The position numbers and the translations under genes are program-made. From a virus (taxonomy: Duplodnaviria > Caudoviricetes), in IMG/VR virus record IMGVR_UViG_3300028588_000034, positions 1 to 46,869 of that record: a stretch of DNA of 46,869 nucleotides. One strand, given 5' to 3'. Shown in pieces: positions 18,506 through 27,301 of the stretch (its first letter is position 1; the number at the start of each line of letters is the position of its first letter). The notes under the pieces are model-generated. The model was not told the DNA's origin. It made no database searches and worked only from the letters and a program-made list of their open reading frames with translations.

Positions 18506-19008
18506 CCCTCCCGTGCTGCCAGCTTGCCCTTAACCGCATCCGCGAAGGCGAAAAAGAACGCCTCGGGGAAGCCGGGCCAAGCCAAGAGCTTGCGGGCGTT
18601 CTCGGCGTTGAATGGGACCGGCGCGCGGTTCGTAACGACCTTTTTCCAGCCGTGTGCGACGCGGGTAAAGGTGCGGACGTCACGCTCGCGCGTGGCCTCA
18701 CGGGTCCGCCGGTTGAGCGCGTTTTGCTCCTCCGTGAGCGTGTTGAGCAATGCCGCCGTACCTTCGACGCCATCCTCGGAAAGACGGAGCGCGGCGTTGA
18801 TCCGATCCATTAGCTCGGCGCGTTCCGCCGCAAAGGCGTCCTGCTGCGCGTCGGCGGTCCACTCCTCAAGTTCCTCACGGGTAAGCAATTCGACTTGGAT
18901 CGAAACCTCATGCTCGACGATCTTCGCGTCGCCGTGTTCGTCGCTGTCGAGCCCTTGCCACTTCACCGGGATATGAACGAGGGGCTTCGCGAGTAGGTCA
19001 AACGACAT
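18424..19008 (-). CDS. Tail assembly chaperone (gpG-like)
   Basis: GGAG RBS, MSFDLLAKP; VAHGWK..VPFNAENARKLL..REGN; lies between tail tube and tape measure. Confidence 0.8.
   Translation of the reverse strand: MSFDLLAKPLVHIPVKWQGLDSDEHGDAKIVEHEVSIQVELLTREELEEWTADAQQDAFAAERAELMDRINAALRLSEDGVEGTAALLNTLTEEQNALNRRTREATRERDVRTFTRVAHGWKKVVTNRAPVPFNAENARKLLAWPGFPEAFFFAFADAVKGKLAAREGNSEGSAASGPAVEPTDATTKVETPTS
18502..18508 (-). other. -1 ribosomal frameshift heptamer G GGA AAC
   Basis: X XXY YYZ pattern in the correct phase, linking the two chaperone frames. Confidence 0.8.
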
Positions 19009-19026
19009 GATGCTCTCCAGAATGAC

Positions 19027-19058
19027 AAAGGCCGACGCGGGGTTGTCCCGCGCCGGCC
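19027..19058 (-). terminator. Terminator-like hairpin after the tail tube gene
   Basis: GGCCGGCGCGGG-ACAAC-CCCGCGTCGGCC-TTT on minus. Confidence 0.6.
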
Positions 19059-19087
19059 AATGTTCCCAATTCGCGGCGGACCGCAAA

Positions 19088-20041
19088 CTATTTCGACGTG
19101 ATAAGGATCTCGTCGTTACCCGCGGCCGAAGGGATCGCCGTCACGGAAAGGGTACACATTGCCTTGCCCTGTTCCTCCGACAGCGCCGCGCCACTGATAA
19201 GCAAGCGAGGCGTGTCGATCTGCACGATATTGCCCGGGGCCGAACCCTGGACGCACGTCGCCGGCATCGTCGTGCCGGGTCGGATCTGCGAGAAATAGTT
19301 CTTGGTCGTGAGGTCGGGGACCTCGAACACGACCTCGCCGGAGAGCGAGCGGCCCCGCATGTTGATCCGGTCCGTCGGGCCGATCAGCGAGCGGAACTGA
19401 CGATCGTTGTTCGCCGACATGGTCCAACGGCGGAGCGCCGCGGCATAGGCGCCCATCGTGAACGTGGTGTTTTCCGTCGCGGAGAGGAGTGGGTCGACAT
19501 AGCCGGTCAACGTGACCGCGCCGGGGACGGCTTGCGAGGCGAGCGCCTGGTCCGGGATACCCAGGACGTCGAAATTCCAGACGGGGAACTCGTCGTCCTC
19601 GATCTTGAACCCGAATGTCCCGCGCGAGCCCGCGATCTTCGTCAACAGGTCGTCGATATAGGCCCACATGGTCCCGGTCTTGGTCGCCGCGGTGATAGGC
19701 GCGATCGTGACACTGTTCGCGCCGACGGCCGGGGTCCCCATGCCGCAAAACTGGAGCGGGATCATCCAAGGCGGAACCGTCGTTCCGGCCGCCACGCCGC
19801 CGCCGTGCATTTCCATGTCGAACGTCATCGTCCGCTGGAAACCCGAGAGGACGAACGGGGTTGCGCCGTAATAGGCCGTCTCGATCGCGCGGACCTTTTG
19901 CTCGGCCGTGAGGAACGTCTCGGCAAAGTTGAGAACGCGGAGGGCGTTGAGGACGGTCGTCGGTGCGGCGTCCGTGCCTTCGGTCGTCTCCAGCTTGGCG
20001 AGAATAACCTTCGTAAACCAATCTTTATTTGCGCCGGCCAT
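19088..20041 (-). CDS. Major tail tube protein
   Basis: ILAKLETTEGTDAAP..GSRGTF..GNIVQI..GNDEILIT; position. Confidence 0.85.
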   Translation of the reverse strand: MAGANKDWFTKVILAKLETTEGTDAAPTTVLNALRVLNFAETFLTAEQKVRAIETAYYGATPFVLSGFQRTMTFDMEMHGGGVAAGTTVPPWMIPLQFCGMGTPAVGANSVTIAPITAATKTGTMWAYIDDLLTKIAGSRGTFGFKIEDDEFPVWNFDVLGIPDQALASQAVPGAVTLTGYVDPLLSATENTTFTMGAYAAALRRWTMSANNDRQFRSLIGPTDRINMRGRSLSGEVVFEVPDLTTKNYFSQIRPGTTMPATCVQGSAPGNIVQIDTPRLLISGAALSEEQGKAMCTLSVTAIPSAAGNDEILITSK

Positions 20042-20044
20042 GTC

Positions 20045-20494
20045 TTAGGACTCCGAAGGGGCGGCGGTTGCCGCGTTGATTGCGTCGAGGATGGCGCGCT
20101 TGTTCGCGTCCGTCTCGTGGAACGCGCCCGGCGTGCGTGCCGCGAACTCGACGAGGCGGTCGCGGGTCCAATCCATCGACGGGGTGTTCGCTTTCGCCTC
20201 GGCATCCTCGCGCGCCAAGCGATCCTTGGTCGAGGCGATCAGCTCGTCGGAGATCATGCCGTCGGCGTCGGTCGTCACGCCGTCACGGGCCATCGCTTCG
20301 GCGCGGAGGCGGTGGTTCGCGGGATAGGTCCCGTTCTCCGTCACGATCAGCGCAAAGCCTTCCTCGTTTCGGATCGGGTCGGTCGATTGCGTCTCGGCGA
20401 CCTCGGGCTCGGCGATCGTGCCAGGTGCGGCCGGCGCGGTATCTGCGACGAGATCGTCGGCCCGCGCGTCGGGATTGTTGTCGGTTGCGTCCAT
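20045..20494 (-). CDS. Acidic hypothetical protein with small C-terminal helical (HeH-like) domain
   Basis: GAGGAG RBS; WTRDRLVEFA..ANKRAILDAI. Confidence 0.65.
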   Translation of the reverse strand: MDATDNNPDARADDLVADTAPAAPGTIAEPEVAETQSTDPIRNEEGFALIVTENGTYPANHRLRAEAMARDGVTTDADGMISDELIASTKDRLAREDAEAKANTPSMDWTRDRLVEFAARTPGAFHETDANKRAILDAINAATAAPSES

Positions 20495-20521
20495 GTATCG
20501 GGCTCCTCGGGTTCGCCGTTC

Positions 20522-20560
20522 GGAATACGGCGCGGCGAGACGGCGAGGAACCCTGAAAGC
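20522..20560 (-). promoter_or_regulatory. Putative late promoter (tail operon)
   Basis: GCTTTCAGGGTTCC-N19-TATTCC; identical box and spacing at 26926-26964. Confidence 0.7.
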
Positions 20561-20564
20561 CCGC

Positions 20565-21005
20565 CTAGATCGTGAGGCGATAGGAGGTCGTGAACCGCAC
20601 CTCGCCCCATGCCAGCCCGTTACCGATCTTGACGACGCTGTACCGCGCGTAATCGAGCGCCTTGCCCGCGCCGCGAGGCGTCCAGGCGACGAGCTGGCGT
20701 GTCACGGCTTTGCGGGTCAATTCGAGCTGATCCTTTGCACTGGTCCGAGACGCGCGGGCCGTGCTTTCGACGAACAAGATCCCGATCTCGACCTCGACCC
20801 GTTGGGAGTGTCCCTGTGTCACGCGGTTCTCTAGCCCGACCTCGCGCGTAACGGCGACGAACGCGGCGGGCGGGCTGTAGGCGAGAGTTCCGTCGAGCGC
20901 CTCGCTCGCGTCGAGCGCGTCCGTGACGGAGAGGAAATATCCCATTGCGAGCAAGCGAGCTTGCACGGTCGAGAGATCGACGCCGAAGTCGAGGGGGTCA
21001 GCCAT
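20565..21005 (-). CDS. Tail terminator-like protein (Mu gp37-like position)
   Basis: PPAAFV..LVAWTP..ALDYA..WGEVRFTT; position. Confidence 0.7.
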   Translation of the reverse strand: MADPLDFGVDLSTVQARLLAMGYFLSVTDALDASEALDGTLAYSPPAAFVAVTREVGLENRVTQGHSQRVEVEIGILFVESTARASRTSAKDQLELTRKAVTRQLVAWTPRGAGKALDYARYSVVKIGNGLAWGEVRFTTSYRLTI

Positions 21006-21573
21006 TGCCGTATGCCTTTCGGATGATGCCGCCCCATGCGTCCTTGATATCGGCAACGTCGTCGCTGTCTATGCCGACGAATGGGCGGGCGGGGAGGTTC
21101 GTCACGCGACCATGCGCGCGGACATTCTGCACGGCGGGCTCGTCGAGCGTCGCGCCGAATACCTTCGTTACGACGCGTTCATGCGCGAGAACGACGCTTT
21201 GGCGGTGTGATCCGAATTGGTTTGCCAGCTTCGCCGGGACGTCGAGGCCCTTCGATCCGACCTCCGCGCTCTTGCTGTCGCTCTCGCCCTGGATCGAGCT
21301 TTGGAGCGCCCCGGTGTTGACGAGGATGCGGGCCTTGTTCGGTCCGGTCGGCCCGACCGCGCTCCGAACCTGTCGCTTGGTCTGCGCCCACGGGATGCCG
21401 CCCGGTCCGCGCCCCGTCTCGAACCGGTTAATCGTCGAGGCGAGGAGGATCGACTTTGCGGCCGTCATGAACGGCGAGAGATCCTCGCCCAAGTCGCGGA
21501 GGTTGCGAAGCGCGGCGAGCGGCTTCTCCAGCCCGGCGCCGTCGAACTCCAGCGTCGTTTGGAAGCCCGCCAC
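20998..21573 (-). CDS. Virion morphogenesis / tail completion protein (Mu gpG-like)
   Basis: RFETGRGPGGIPW..ILVNTGALQSSI..LPARPFVGI. Confidence 0.88.
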   Translation of the reverse strand: MAGFQTTLEFDGAGLEKPLAALRNLRDLGEDLSPFMTAAKSILLASTINRFETGRGPGGIPWAQTKRQVRSAVGPTGPNKARILVNTGALQSSIQGESDSKSAEVGSKGLDVPAKLANQFGSHRQSVVLAHERVVTKVFGATLDEPAVQNVRAHGRVTNLPARPFVGIDSDDVADIKDAWGGIIRKAYGNG

Positions 21574-21576
21574 GAA

Positions 21577-22083
21577 CTAGCGCCCCTGCCGCCAGCAAGG
21601 CGCGTAACCGGCCGACCCGGTAAACGTGTCCGTGTATCCGCTCATGGTCTGCGAGGTGAACGTCGGCGCGGCCCGGTCGCCCGATGACATAGGCGACCCG
21701 CCGCTGTTCTCGGGGAGCGCGGTCCCGCCTTCGGGAATCGGGAGGTCGAGCTTGTCCGCGGCGAGCTGCTCAAGCTGGCGGATCGCGGAGTCGTAGGCAA
21801 TCTTGATCGCGTCGGAGAGGTGTCCGCTCGCAACCGCCAGATTGAACCGGGTGAGAGCGCCCACCCACCCCTTGACGATCGAGGGGGCCGACGCGAGCGG
21901 GACGGCATAGCGGCGCGAGATATAGCCCTCGACCTGATCCGTCGCGTCGCTGATCTGCGCCTCAAGCTTCAGCGTGTCATAGGTCGGCGCGACGTTTGGA
22001 ACCGGGACGCCGTCGAACGTGAGGAGCGTCGTCTCGCGCGCTCCGAAGCGCTTCACGTATTCGGCGGAGGTGAGATAGACCAT
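21577..22083 (-). CDS. Head-tail adaptor, Mu gp36 / DUF1320-like
   Basis: YLTSAEYVKRFG..ISDATDQVEGYISRRYAVPL..YDSAIRQLE. Confidence 0.88.
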   Translation of the reverse strand: MVYLTSAEYVKRFGARETTLLTFDGVPVPNVAPTYDTLKLEAQISDATDQVEGYISRRYAVPLASAPSIVKGWVGALTRFNLAVASGHLSDAIKIAYDSAIRQLEQLAADKLDLPIPEGGTALPENSGGSPMSSGDRAAPTFTSQTMSGYTDTFTGSAGYAPCWRQGR

Positions 22084-22101
22084 TGCGCGGGGCTCCAATG
22101 C

Positions 22102-22136
22102 AAAACGCCGCCCCCGCATAGCGGAGACGGCGCGTT
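22102..22136 (-). terminator. Intrinsic terminator
   Basis: CGCCGTCTCCGC-TAT-GCGGGGGCGGCG-TTTT on minus. Confidence 0.7.
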
Positions 22137-22153
22137 GTGGCGATACGGGAGGC

Positions 22154-22687
22154 TTATTGCGAGACTTGCGTCGCCGGTAGCGCCAGCGCGTAAACCTGTG
22201 TCCCTGTCGGCGCGAGGATCGAGATCGGCGCGGACAAGAGGGAGAGGGTCAAGACGCCTTGCCGGCACTGCGCCGAGAACGCCGTATTCGTCGACGAGAT
22301 CACGATACAGTCAATCGCCATCGACCCGGCCGGACCAATGCCGGTGAAGAACATCGGATAGGACGACGCTCCAGCCGGGAGCGGGGTCGACCATGTTCCG
22401 CCGATCAGGCCCGTTGCGCCCGAGACGGTGAACACGCCCGAGCGCGTGATGCGAGGCGCGACCGCGTCACCCCGGCGGAACGTCATCGTTGCGCCTGGAG
22501 CCCCGCCAGGCGCTTCGATGCTCGGGACGCTGTCGGCGGGGGACGGTATCTGCGCTTGCATCTGCGCGAGGGCGGTCGCGGTTTCGGGCGACACTGGCGG
22601 GACGCCATTAACGAGCGTCCCGATCTGCGCTGTAGCTGGTGTGGCGAGGAGGAGGGCCACGAGCCCCCCAAGGATCGCAAGTCTCAT
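22154..22687 (-). CDS. Signal-peptide-bearing beta-rich protein (177 aa)
   Basis: GGGAG RBS; MRLAILGGLVALLLATPATA-Q. Confidence 0.75.
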   Translation of the reverse strand: MRLAILGGLVALLLATPATAQIGTLVNGVPPVSPETATALAQMQAQIPSPADSVPSIEAPGGAPGATMTFRRGDAVAPRITRSGVFTVSGATGLIGGTWSTPLPAGASSYPMFFTGIGPAGSMAIDCIVISSTNTAFSAQCRQGVLTLSLLSAPISILAPTGTQVYALALPATQVSQ

Positions 22688-22710
22688 GGCATTATCTCCC
22701 GGTGGTCGGC

Positions 22711-23787
22711 TTATGCGCCGAAGCTGCTGTTGATGACGGGCGCGGCGGTGTTGGCGGTCGCGCCGTTGGTGTACCGGCAACGGCTGTTGCGCATGTCGTT
22801 GCGATCGGTGATGCGAACGGGCGTGTTCGCCGCGACTGTGGCCGTAACCTTGTTTGTCCAAGTCACATTGTCGGGTGAGCCGTCGAGGAAAACGGAGCCA
22901 GACTGATCGGCGCGCGCAAAGCACGAAAACGAGCCCCATTGAGAAATGTTAGGGCCGCCGTCGCGCGTCGCTCCGGTATAGGTCGCGTTCGCTGCAAGCG
23001 CCGTTGTTGGCTCGGAATAGAACTGCGCCCGCTCGCGTTCCTGCGACCAAAGCCCGCCCGTCGTGTCGCCGCGCAAGCGGTCCCATGTCGCGCCGTTAAA
23101 CACTGTCAGGCGGTCAACAGTGGTTAGGCCGCTTTCGTTTCCTGCGCCATCGGCGGGAGCGCGGACCGCGACGTTGTTACCCGTGCTGTCGACAAACTGC
23201 ACAATGGTACGGCCATAGGGGTCAAGCCACGGGCGAACGTAGTTTCCAACAGCCGTTGCGGTTGCTTGGGTCGTGTTCACGAGGCCGAGCGCAACGGTAC
23301 CCGCCAGCCCGGTTCCGGTCGTTCCGGCGGCGGTATTCGCGTCACGCTGGCGATCAAAGGTGGCGCCATTCCACAGAACGCCGTGGCTACGAACCGGGAG
23401 TGCGCCCGCCTGCGGAGAGCCGTCCCCGAGGTTGCTTGCGCTCGCATTGTTAATACTGCCGAGCAAAATTCCGTTCGGGTCCGTCCGCATTGTTCGCACG
23501 TTCGCGCCGTCCGAACCCGCGACGAGGTTCGGGTTGCCCGCGGGAACGCCGCCGTTCGCGGCCGTTCCTTGCGTGGTCGTTACCATCGTTGACGGCGTCG
23601 TCACTGTCCCCGCGTTGCCGCCGATCGTCGCGATCGAGCCGTCCGCGTTGACGATAAACGTCGTCCCGACCGCCTTCGATCGGCCCGAGCCGTCGACCGT
23701 GTTCGGAGGCGTCACAGGGACGGTTTGCGCGATGGCGATCGAGGGGAGCGCGAGCGCGAGGATTAGGGAGAACCGGGAGAGCTTCAT
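22711..23787 (-). CDS. Signal-peptide-bearing Gly/Thr/Ala/Asn-rich fibre-like protein (358 aa)
   Basis: MKLSRFSLILALALPSIAIA-Q; repeated WNGATFDRQR / FNGATWDRLR. Confidence 0.75.
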   Translation of the reverse strand: MKLSRFSLILALALPSIAIAQTVPVTPPNTVDGSGRSKAVGTTFIVNADGSIATIGGNAGTVTTPSTMVTTTQGTAANGGVPAGNPNLVAGSDGANVRTMRTDPNGILLGSINNASASNLGDGSPQAGALPVRSHGVLWNGATFDRQRDANTAAGTTGTGLAGTVALGLVNTTQATATAVGNYVRPWLDPYGRTIVQFVDSTGNNVAVRAPADGAGNESGLTTVDRLTVFNGATWDRLRGDTTGGLWSQERERAQFYSEPTTALAANATYTGATRDGGPNISQWGSFSCFARADQSGSVFLDGSPDNVTWTNKVTATVAANTPVRITDRNDMRNSRCRYTNGATANTAAPVINSSFGA

Positions 23788-23803
23788 GTCGGGCCTTTCA
23801 ACG

Positions 23804-23839
23804 AAAGAGGGGGCCGAGCCGTTGCGACTCGACCCCCTC
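23804..23839 (-). terminator. Intrinsic terminator
   Basis: GAGGGGGTCGAGTCG-CAA-CGGCTCGGCCCCCTC-TTT on minus. Confidence 0.7.
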
Positions 23840-23861
23840 GGGATTGTAACGGGTCGGCGCG

Positions 23862-24419
23862 TTAAGCGGCCGGGGTATCGCTGCTCGCCTTCGCCTTGCG
23901 GGCGTCCTCGATCAGCTTCACGCGATCCGGGTTCGTGCGCGCGTCGACGAGCGAGATATTCTCCTCGTCGGCGATCGTCACGAGTTCCGCCGTCTTGAGC
24001 GTGTTGAGCGGCTTGTCCTTGAGGTCGGCGTAAGGGGTCGAGCCGGCCTCGTTGGTCTTGCTCGCGTCGATCGCGCGTTGACGCTCCTCGTCGGCATCCT
24101 TGGCGCGCTGGTCGGCCTCGTCACGACCGCGCGACACGAACTCGCGAAGATCGTCTTCGGAGCGGTCCGCCAGGCTGGCGGAGGCGATGGCGAGCGCGGA
24201 CTGCTCCAGCTCGGCGCGGGACATATCGCCGACGTTCTTGTCGACTGCGGTCGGCATGACGAACGGAACGGGCGGCTTCGTCGCGGAGAGGCGCCCCATT
24301 TCCACGAGGACCGATCGCGTACCTGCGTCGACATCCTGCGAAATCTCCTCGCCGAGGGGGTAAACCGTGCCGAGGATCTCGTCGCCGTCGAACTGCGCGT
24401 AAAGGGGGGTGCGATCCAT
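23862..24419 (-). CDS. Post-capsid hypothetical protein with Rho-N/HeH-like helices
   Basis: GGAG RBS; DMSRAELEQ and LKTAELVTIADEENISL motifs. Confidence 0.7.
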   Translation of the reverse strand: MDRTPLYAQFDGDEILGTVYPLGEEISQDVDAGTRSVLVEMGRLSATKPPVPFVMPTAVDKNVGDMSRAELEQSALAIASASLADRSEDDLREFVSRGRDEADQRAKDADEERQRAIDASKTNEAGSTPYADLKDKPLNTLKTAELVTIADEENISLVDARTNPDRVKLIEDARKAKASSDTPAA

Positions 24420-24483
24420 AAGGATTCTCCGTTGGGGGTCTTATTCTAGCCTCGGGGCGGCGCGGGGCCGCCCTCCGGTAGAA

Positions 24484-25467
24484 TTAGAGGACGTTCTGAA
24501 ACAGATACCCGGCGAAAGGCGCGACGCGCTTCTCGACCAAGCTCTCGCCAGTATAGACGCCGACGCCGCCCCAAAGGCCCATTTCGCCGGGGCGATAGAG
24601 GTTCTCGCCCGAGACGATCCCGCCCCACTGGAACGTAGCGAGGAAGTTCGTCGCGCCGTTGTCGAGGCCGAGGCCGGACGAATCCATCGGACCTTGATAA
24701 TGGATCGCGAACGAGTCCGGCCAAATCTGCGAGGTGACGACCGTCTGCCCGCGCTTGCTGGTCTGCTTGAGCGTGTTGCCGACCTCGATCCGCTCCAGGC
24801 CGAGCGCGGTCGCGACTTCCTGTTCCGAGTAGTATTTACCCGAGTTGAGCGAGCCGCCGAGCGCGACGGCGACCTTCGGGTGACGACGCAAGATGTTCAT
24901 GACCTTGCGCGACGTCACGCCGACGTTGCCCGGAACGAGCATGGCGGTCGTTGCGTCGATCACGTCGGCGACTGGGTCCGAGTTGTTGAAGTCCGACCAC
25001 TTGTAGTTGCCAGCGCCGGAGACGGTGCGGTCGCTCGTGTAGCCCGCCTGATAGTTCGCGATGTTCATTGCGAACGCGGCGACGCGGATCTCGCGGTTGA
25101 GCTGATTGACGTCGACGACGTGACGCACGGCGCGCGTCTTGAGCGTGAACGGGATCGACTGATTCCGAGCCGCGGACTCGTCGCGGAACGGGACCTTTTC
25201 GAGGATGCCGTAATCCTTCGTCTCGCCCGGCGTCTCGGTGGCGCTCGACGTGATCTCATTCAGGCGGCCGAGGCGATCGACCTGGTTGTCGTAAACCGTG
25301 AACGCGTCCTCGATCTTGTATTCGGGGTAGCGGAACAGCGGCGCGTCGACCGGCATACGGGGAGCAACGCGATCGGCGATGTAGCCGCGCGCGGTTCGAT
25401 TGATTCCGCTGTAGTCAACCGCGATGGCGACAAGAGCGGGGTTGATGACGAAAGGGGCCTGGGCCAT
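24484..25467 (-). CDS. Major capsid protein
   Basis: NPALVAIAVDY..YIADRVAPRMPV..KWSDFNNSDPVADV..AGYLFQNV; follows protease and cement genes. Confidence 0.88.
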   Translation of the reverse strand: MAQAPFVINPALVAIAVDYSGINRTARGYIADRVAPRMPVDAPLFRYPEYKIEDAFTVYDNQVDRLGRLNEITSSATETPGETKDYGILEKVPFRDESAARNQSIPFTLKTRAVRHVVDVNQLNREIRVAAFAMNIANYQAGYTSDRTVSGAGNYKWSDFNNSDPVADVIDATTAMLVPGNVGVTSRKVMNILRRHPKVAVALGGSLNSGKYYSEQEVATALGLERIEVGNTLKQTSKRGQTVVTSQIWPDSFAIHYQGPMDSSGLGLDNGATNFLATFQWGGIVSGENLYRPGEMGLWGGVGVYTGESLVEKRVAPFAGYLFQNVL

Positions 25468-25506
25468 CGCGATAGGGTCCTCGTTTGGGGCTTGTTGAAG
25501 CGGTTT

Positions 25507-25875
25507 TTAGTAGATGCCGGGCGAGACGACACACGAGCCGATATCGCCGACCACGCCGGAGATTTCAGCGAAGCCGCCGACGAACTGCCCCGCGGCGGTC
25601 GCCTTGATCGCACGGCCCTGCGCGTCCGAGGTGAGAGGATCGCCACGCGCCACGGTCGCGCCATAGGTGACCTCGGCGATATTGCCGTTCATGAACACGC
25701 TCGCGCGCTGCCCGACGTCGGTATCGAGGTCGGACGAAATGCCAGCGATGAACGCCGCGGTCCCCGATGCGGGAACGCCCGTGCCATCGGCCGCGCCATA
25801 GGCAACGAACCGGCGGGCGGGGATGGCCGTGGTGGCCTGTAGAGACTTGGTGAGGAAGCCGGTCGTCTGGCCCAT
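25507..25875 (-). CDS. Capsid cement/decoration protein (DUF2190-like)
   Basis: AIPARRFV..EVTYGATVARGDPLTSDAQGRAI. Confidence 0.85.
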   Translation of the reverse strand: MGQTTGFLTKSLQATTAIPARRFVAYGAADGTGVPASGTAAFIAGISSDLDTDVGQRASVFMNGNIAEVTYGATVARGDPLTSDAQGRAIKATAAGQFVGGFAEISGVVGDIGSCVVSPGIY

Positions 25876-25911
25876 GTCGAGAACTCCTAGTTGAAACGGG
25901 GTTGGGAGGGG

Positions 25912-26919
25912 TTAGCCGACGTGTCCGCCGTCCGACTCCAGCTCGATCGCCGCCTCGAACGAGAGCGACGGGTTCGCCACCATCCGGGCGCGAGCCTTCG
26001 CCGTGAGGTCGCCGGCCTGTTCCGCGATCGGTGCGTCCCGGTCGGTCGTGTCGGCGTTGAACTCGCGCGAGGGCGAGAGGCGCTCGCCGGTCGGGACGCG
26101 CTTCGGGAGCGCTGCGGCCATGAACGTGAGGATATGCGAAACGGCGCTCGCCTTGGTGGCCTTGTCGCCCGCGCCGAACGTGAGGTCCTCCGCTTCCGGG
26201 TCGAACGCGTTGAACGAAAGCTTGAGCGCGTCGGCCTCGGCGGGGAGAACCTTTCCGGCGAGAACGAGCGCGTCGATCGAGGAGCCGTTGCTCGCCTCGA
26301 ACTGATTGCGAACGCGCTTCGCTGCGGCTTCCTCGCGCTCCTTGAGCCGGTCCTCGCGAGCCTTGAACTCGTTGTCGGCGTCAATCTGTGCCTGGGTGCG
26401 TTCCATCGTCGGTTCCTTCGCGTCAAAAATGGTGTGGAAAGGGGTCGGTGCGCCCGCATAGACGAGCGCGTCGGCCGGGTCGCCCAAGATTTCCAGCCCG
26501 TCGAGATCGTCGCCGTCGGCCGAGAATGCGAGAGCCTTCGATAGCGGCTGCATATTGGGGATGCCGGGAGCCGCGCCGCCAAGGAGCCCGACGTGGCGCA
26601 AGGTCCATTTGCCGGGCCGTGGGTTCGCCTCGTGGTGCGGGTCGAAGAACGCGGCGGACCGGTTGAGCCATTCGCCCGACCTGATGCCCTCGATCGCCTT
26701 CGACGTCATGGTCCCGAGTTCGACCATGAGGGAGTTACCCTCGACCTTTGCCCCCGTGATCGTCCCGGCGGCCGGGTCGTCGCTCTTAGGATGACCGAAG
26801 CACAATGCGCGCGGGTTGGCCCCGAAATCGTCATCGACGACCTCGGCCAAATGCTCCGGCTTGATGCCCCGGCTTGCTTTTCCGCCGATGCGGAACGCTT
26901 CAATCCAACGTTTTGCCAT
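25912..26919 (-). CDS. Mu gpI-like prohead protease/scaffold
   Basis: IEAFRIG, FGHPKSDDPAAG, NRSAAF, LRHVGLLGGAAPGI; helical C-terminus. Confidence 0.87.
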   Translation of the reverse strand: MAKRWIEAFRIGGKASRGIKPEHLAEVVDDDFGANPRALCFGHPKSDDPAAGTITGAKVEGNSLMVELGTMTSKAIEGIRSGEWLNRSAAFFDPHHEANPRPGKWTLRHVGLLGGAAPGIPNMQPLSKALAFSADGDDLDGLEILGDPADALVYAGAPTPFHTIFDAKEPTMERTQAQIDADNEFKAREDRLKEREEAAAKRVRNQFEASNGSSIDALVLAGKVLPAEADALKLSFNAFDPEAEDLTFGAGDKATKASAVSHILTFMAAALPKRVPTGERLSPSREFNADTTDRDAPIAEQAGDLTAKARARMVANPSLSFEAAIELESDGGHVG

Positions 26920-26925
26920 CGGCAA

Positions 26926-26964
26926 GAGATACCGCGCGCGAGTTTGGCGCGGAACCCTGAAAGC
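26926..26964 (-). promoter_or_regulatory. Putative late promoter (head operon), probably leaderless
   Basis: GCTTTCAGGGTTCC-N19-TATCTC-N6-ATG; no SD. Confidence 0.7.
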
Positions 26965-26977
26965 GTGGCGGGTCCGA

Positions 26978-27015
26978 TGAAACGCTATTGAAACGTTCGC
27001 GGAACCGTGTATTGG
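26978..27015 (+). promoter_or_regulatory. Putative early promoter/operator of the plus-strand cassette
   Basis: TGAAAC at 26978 and 26989; TTGAAA as possible -35. Confidence 0.5.
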
Positions 27016-27106
27016 TATCGGCGTCGGGTCGCTTTGAGCGACGGCCTAACCCTAGCCCCTCCGGTTCACGACCGGTTGCCGACACAACGCTAGGTAGGAT
27101 TTTCCC

Positions 27107-27301
27107 ATGTTCGATACCGCCGCAATGGATCAGCTCGCCGCACGGGTCCGCGCAAAGCGCGAAGCCCAAGGGCTCGGGCTCAACGTCGGGTTCGTCCAGT
27201 CGGACGGCAAGACGCTCGATAACTACTCGTTCGCCACCAAGGAGCGCGCCGACGCTTTCCGCGCTCGCTTGACCGAACTCGGTCGGACGATCGTCTCGTG
27301 A
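27107..27301 (+). CDS. Hypothetical protein
   Basis: TAGGA RBS; first gene of a coupled chain. Confidence 0.7.
   Translation: MFDTAAMDQLAARVRAKREAQGLGLNVGFVQSDGKTLDNYSFATKERADAFRARLTELGRTIVS

Noticed and set aside
19007-20575. 522-aa plus-strand ORF and similar long antisense ORFs (e.g. 24409-25842, 2668-3717, 33658-34617)
   Set aside because: Shadow frames of well-supported genes in GC-rich DNA, with no motifs or RBS
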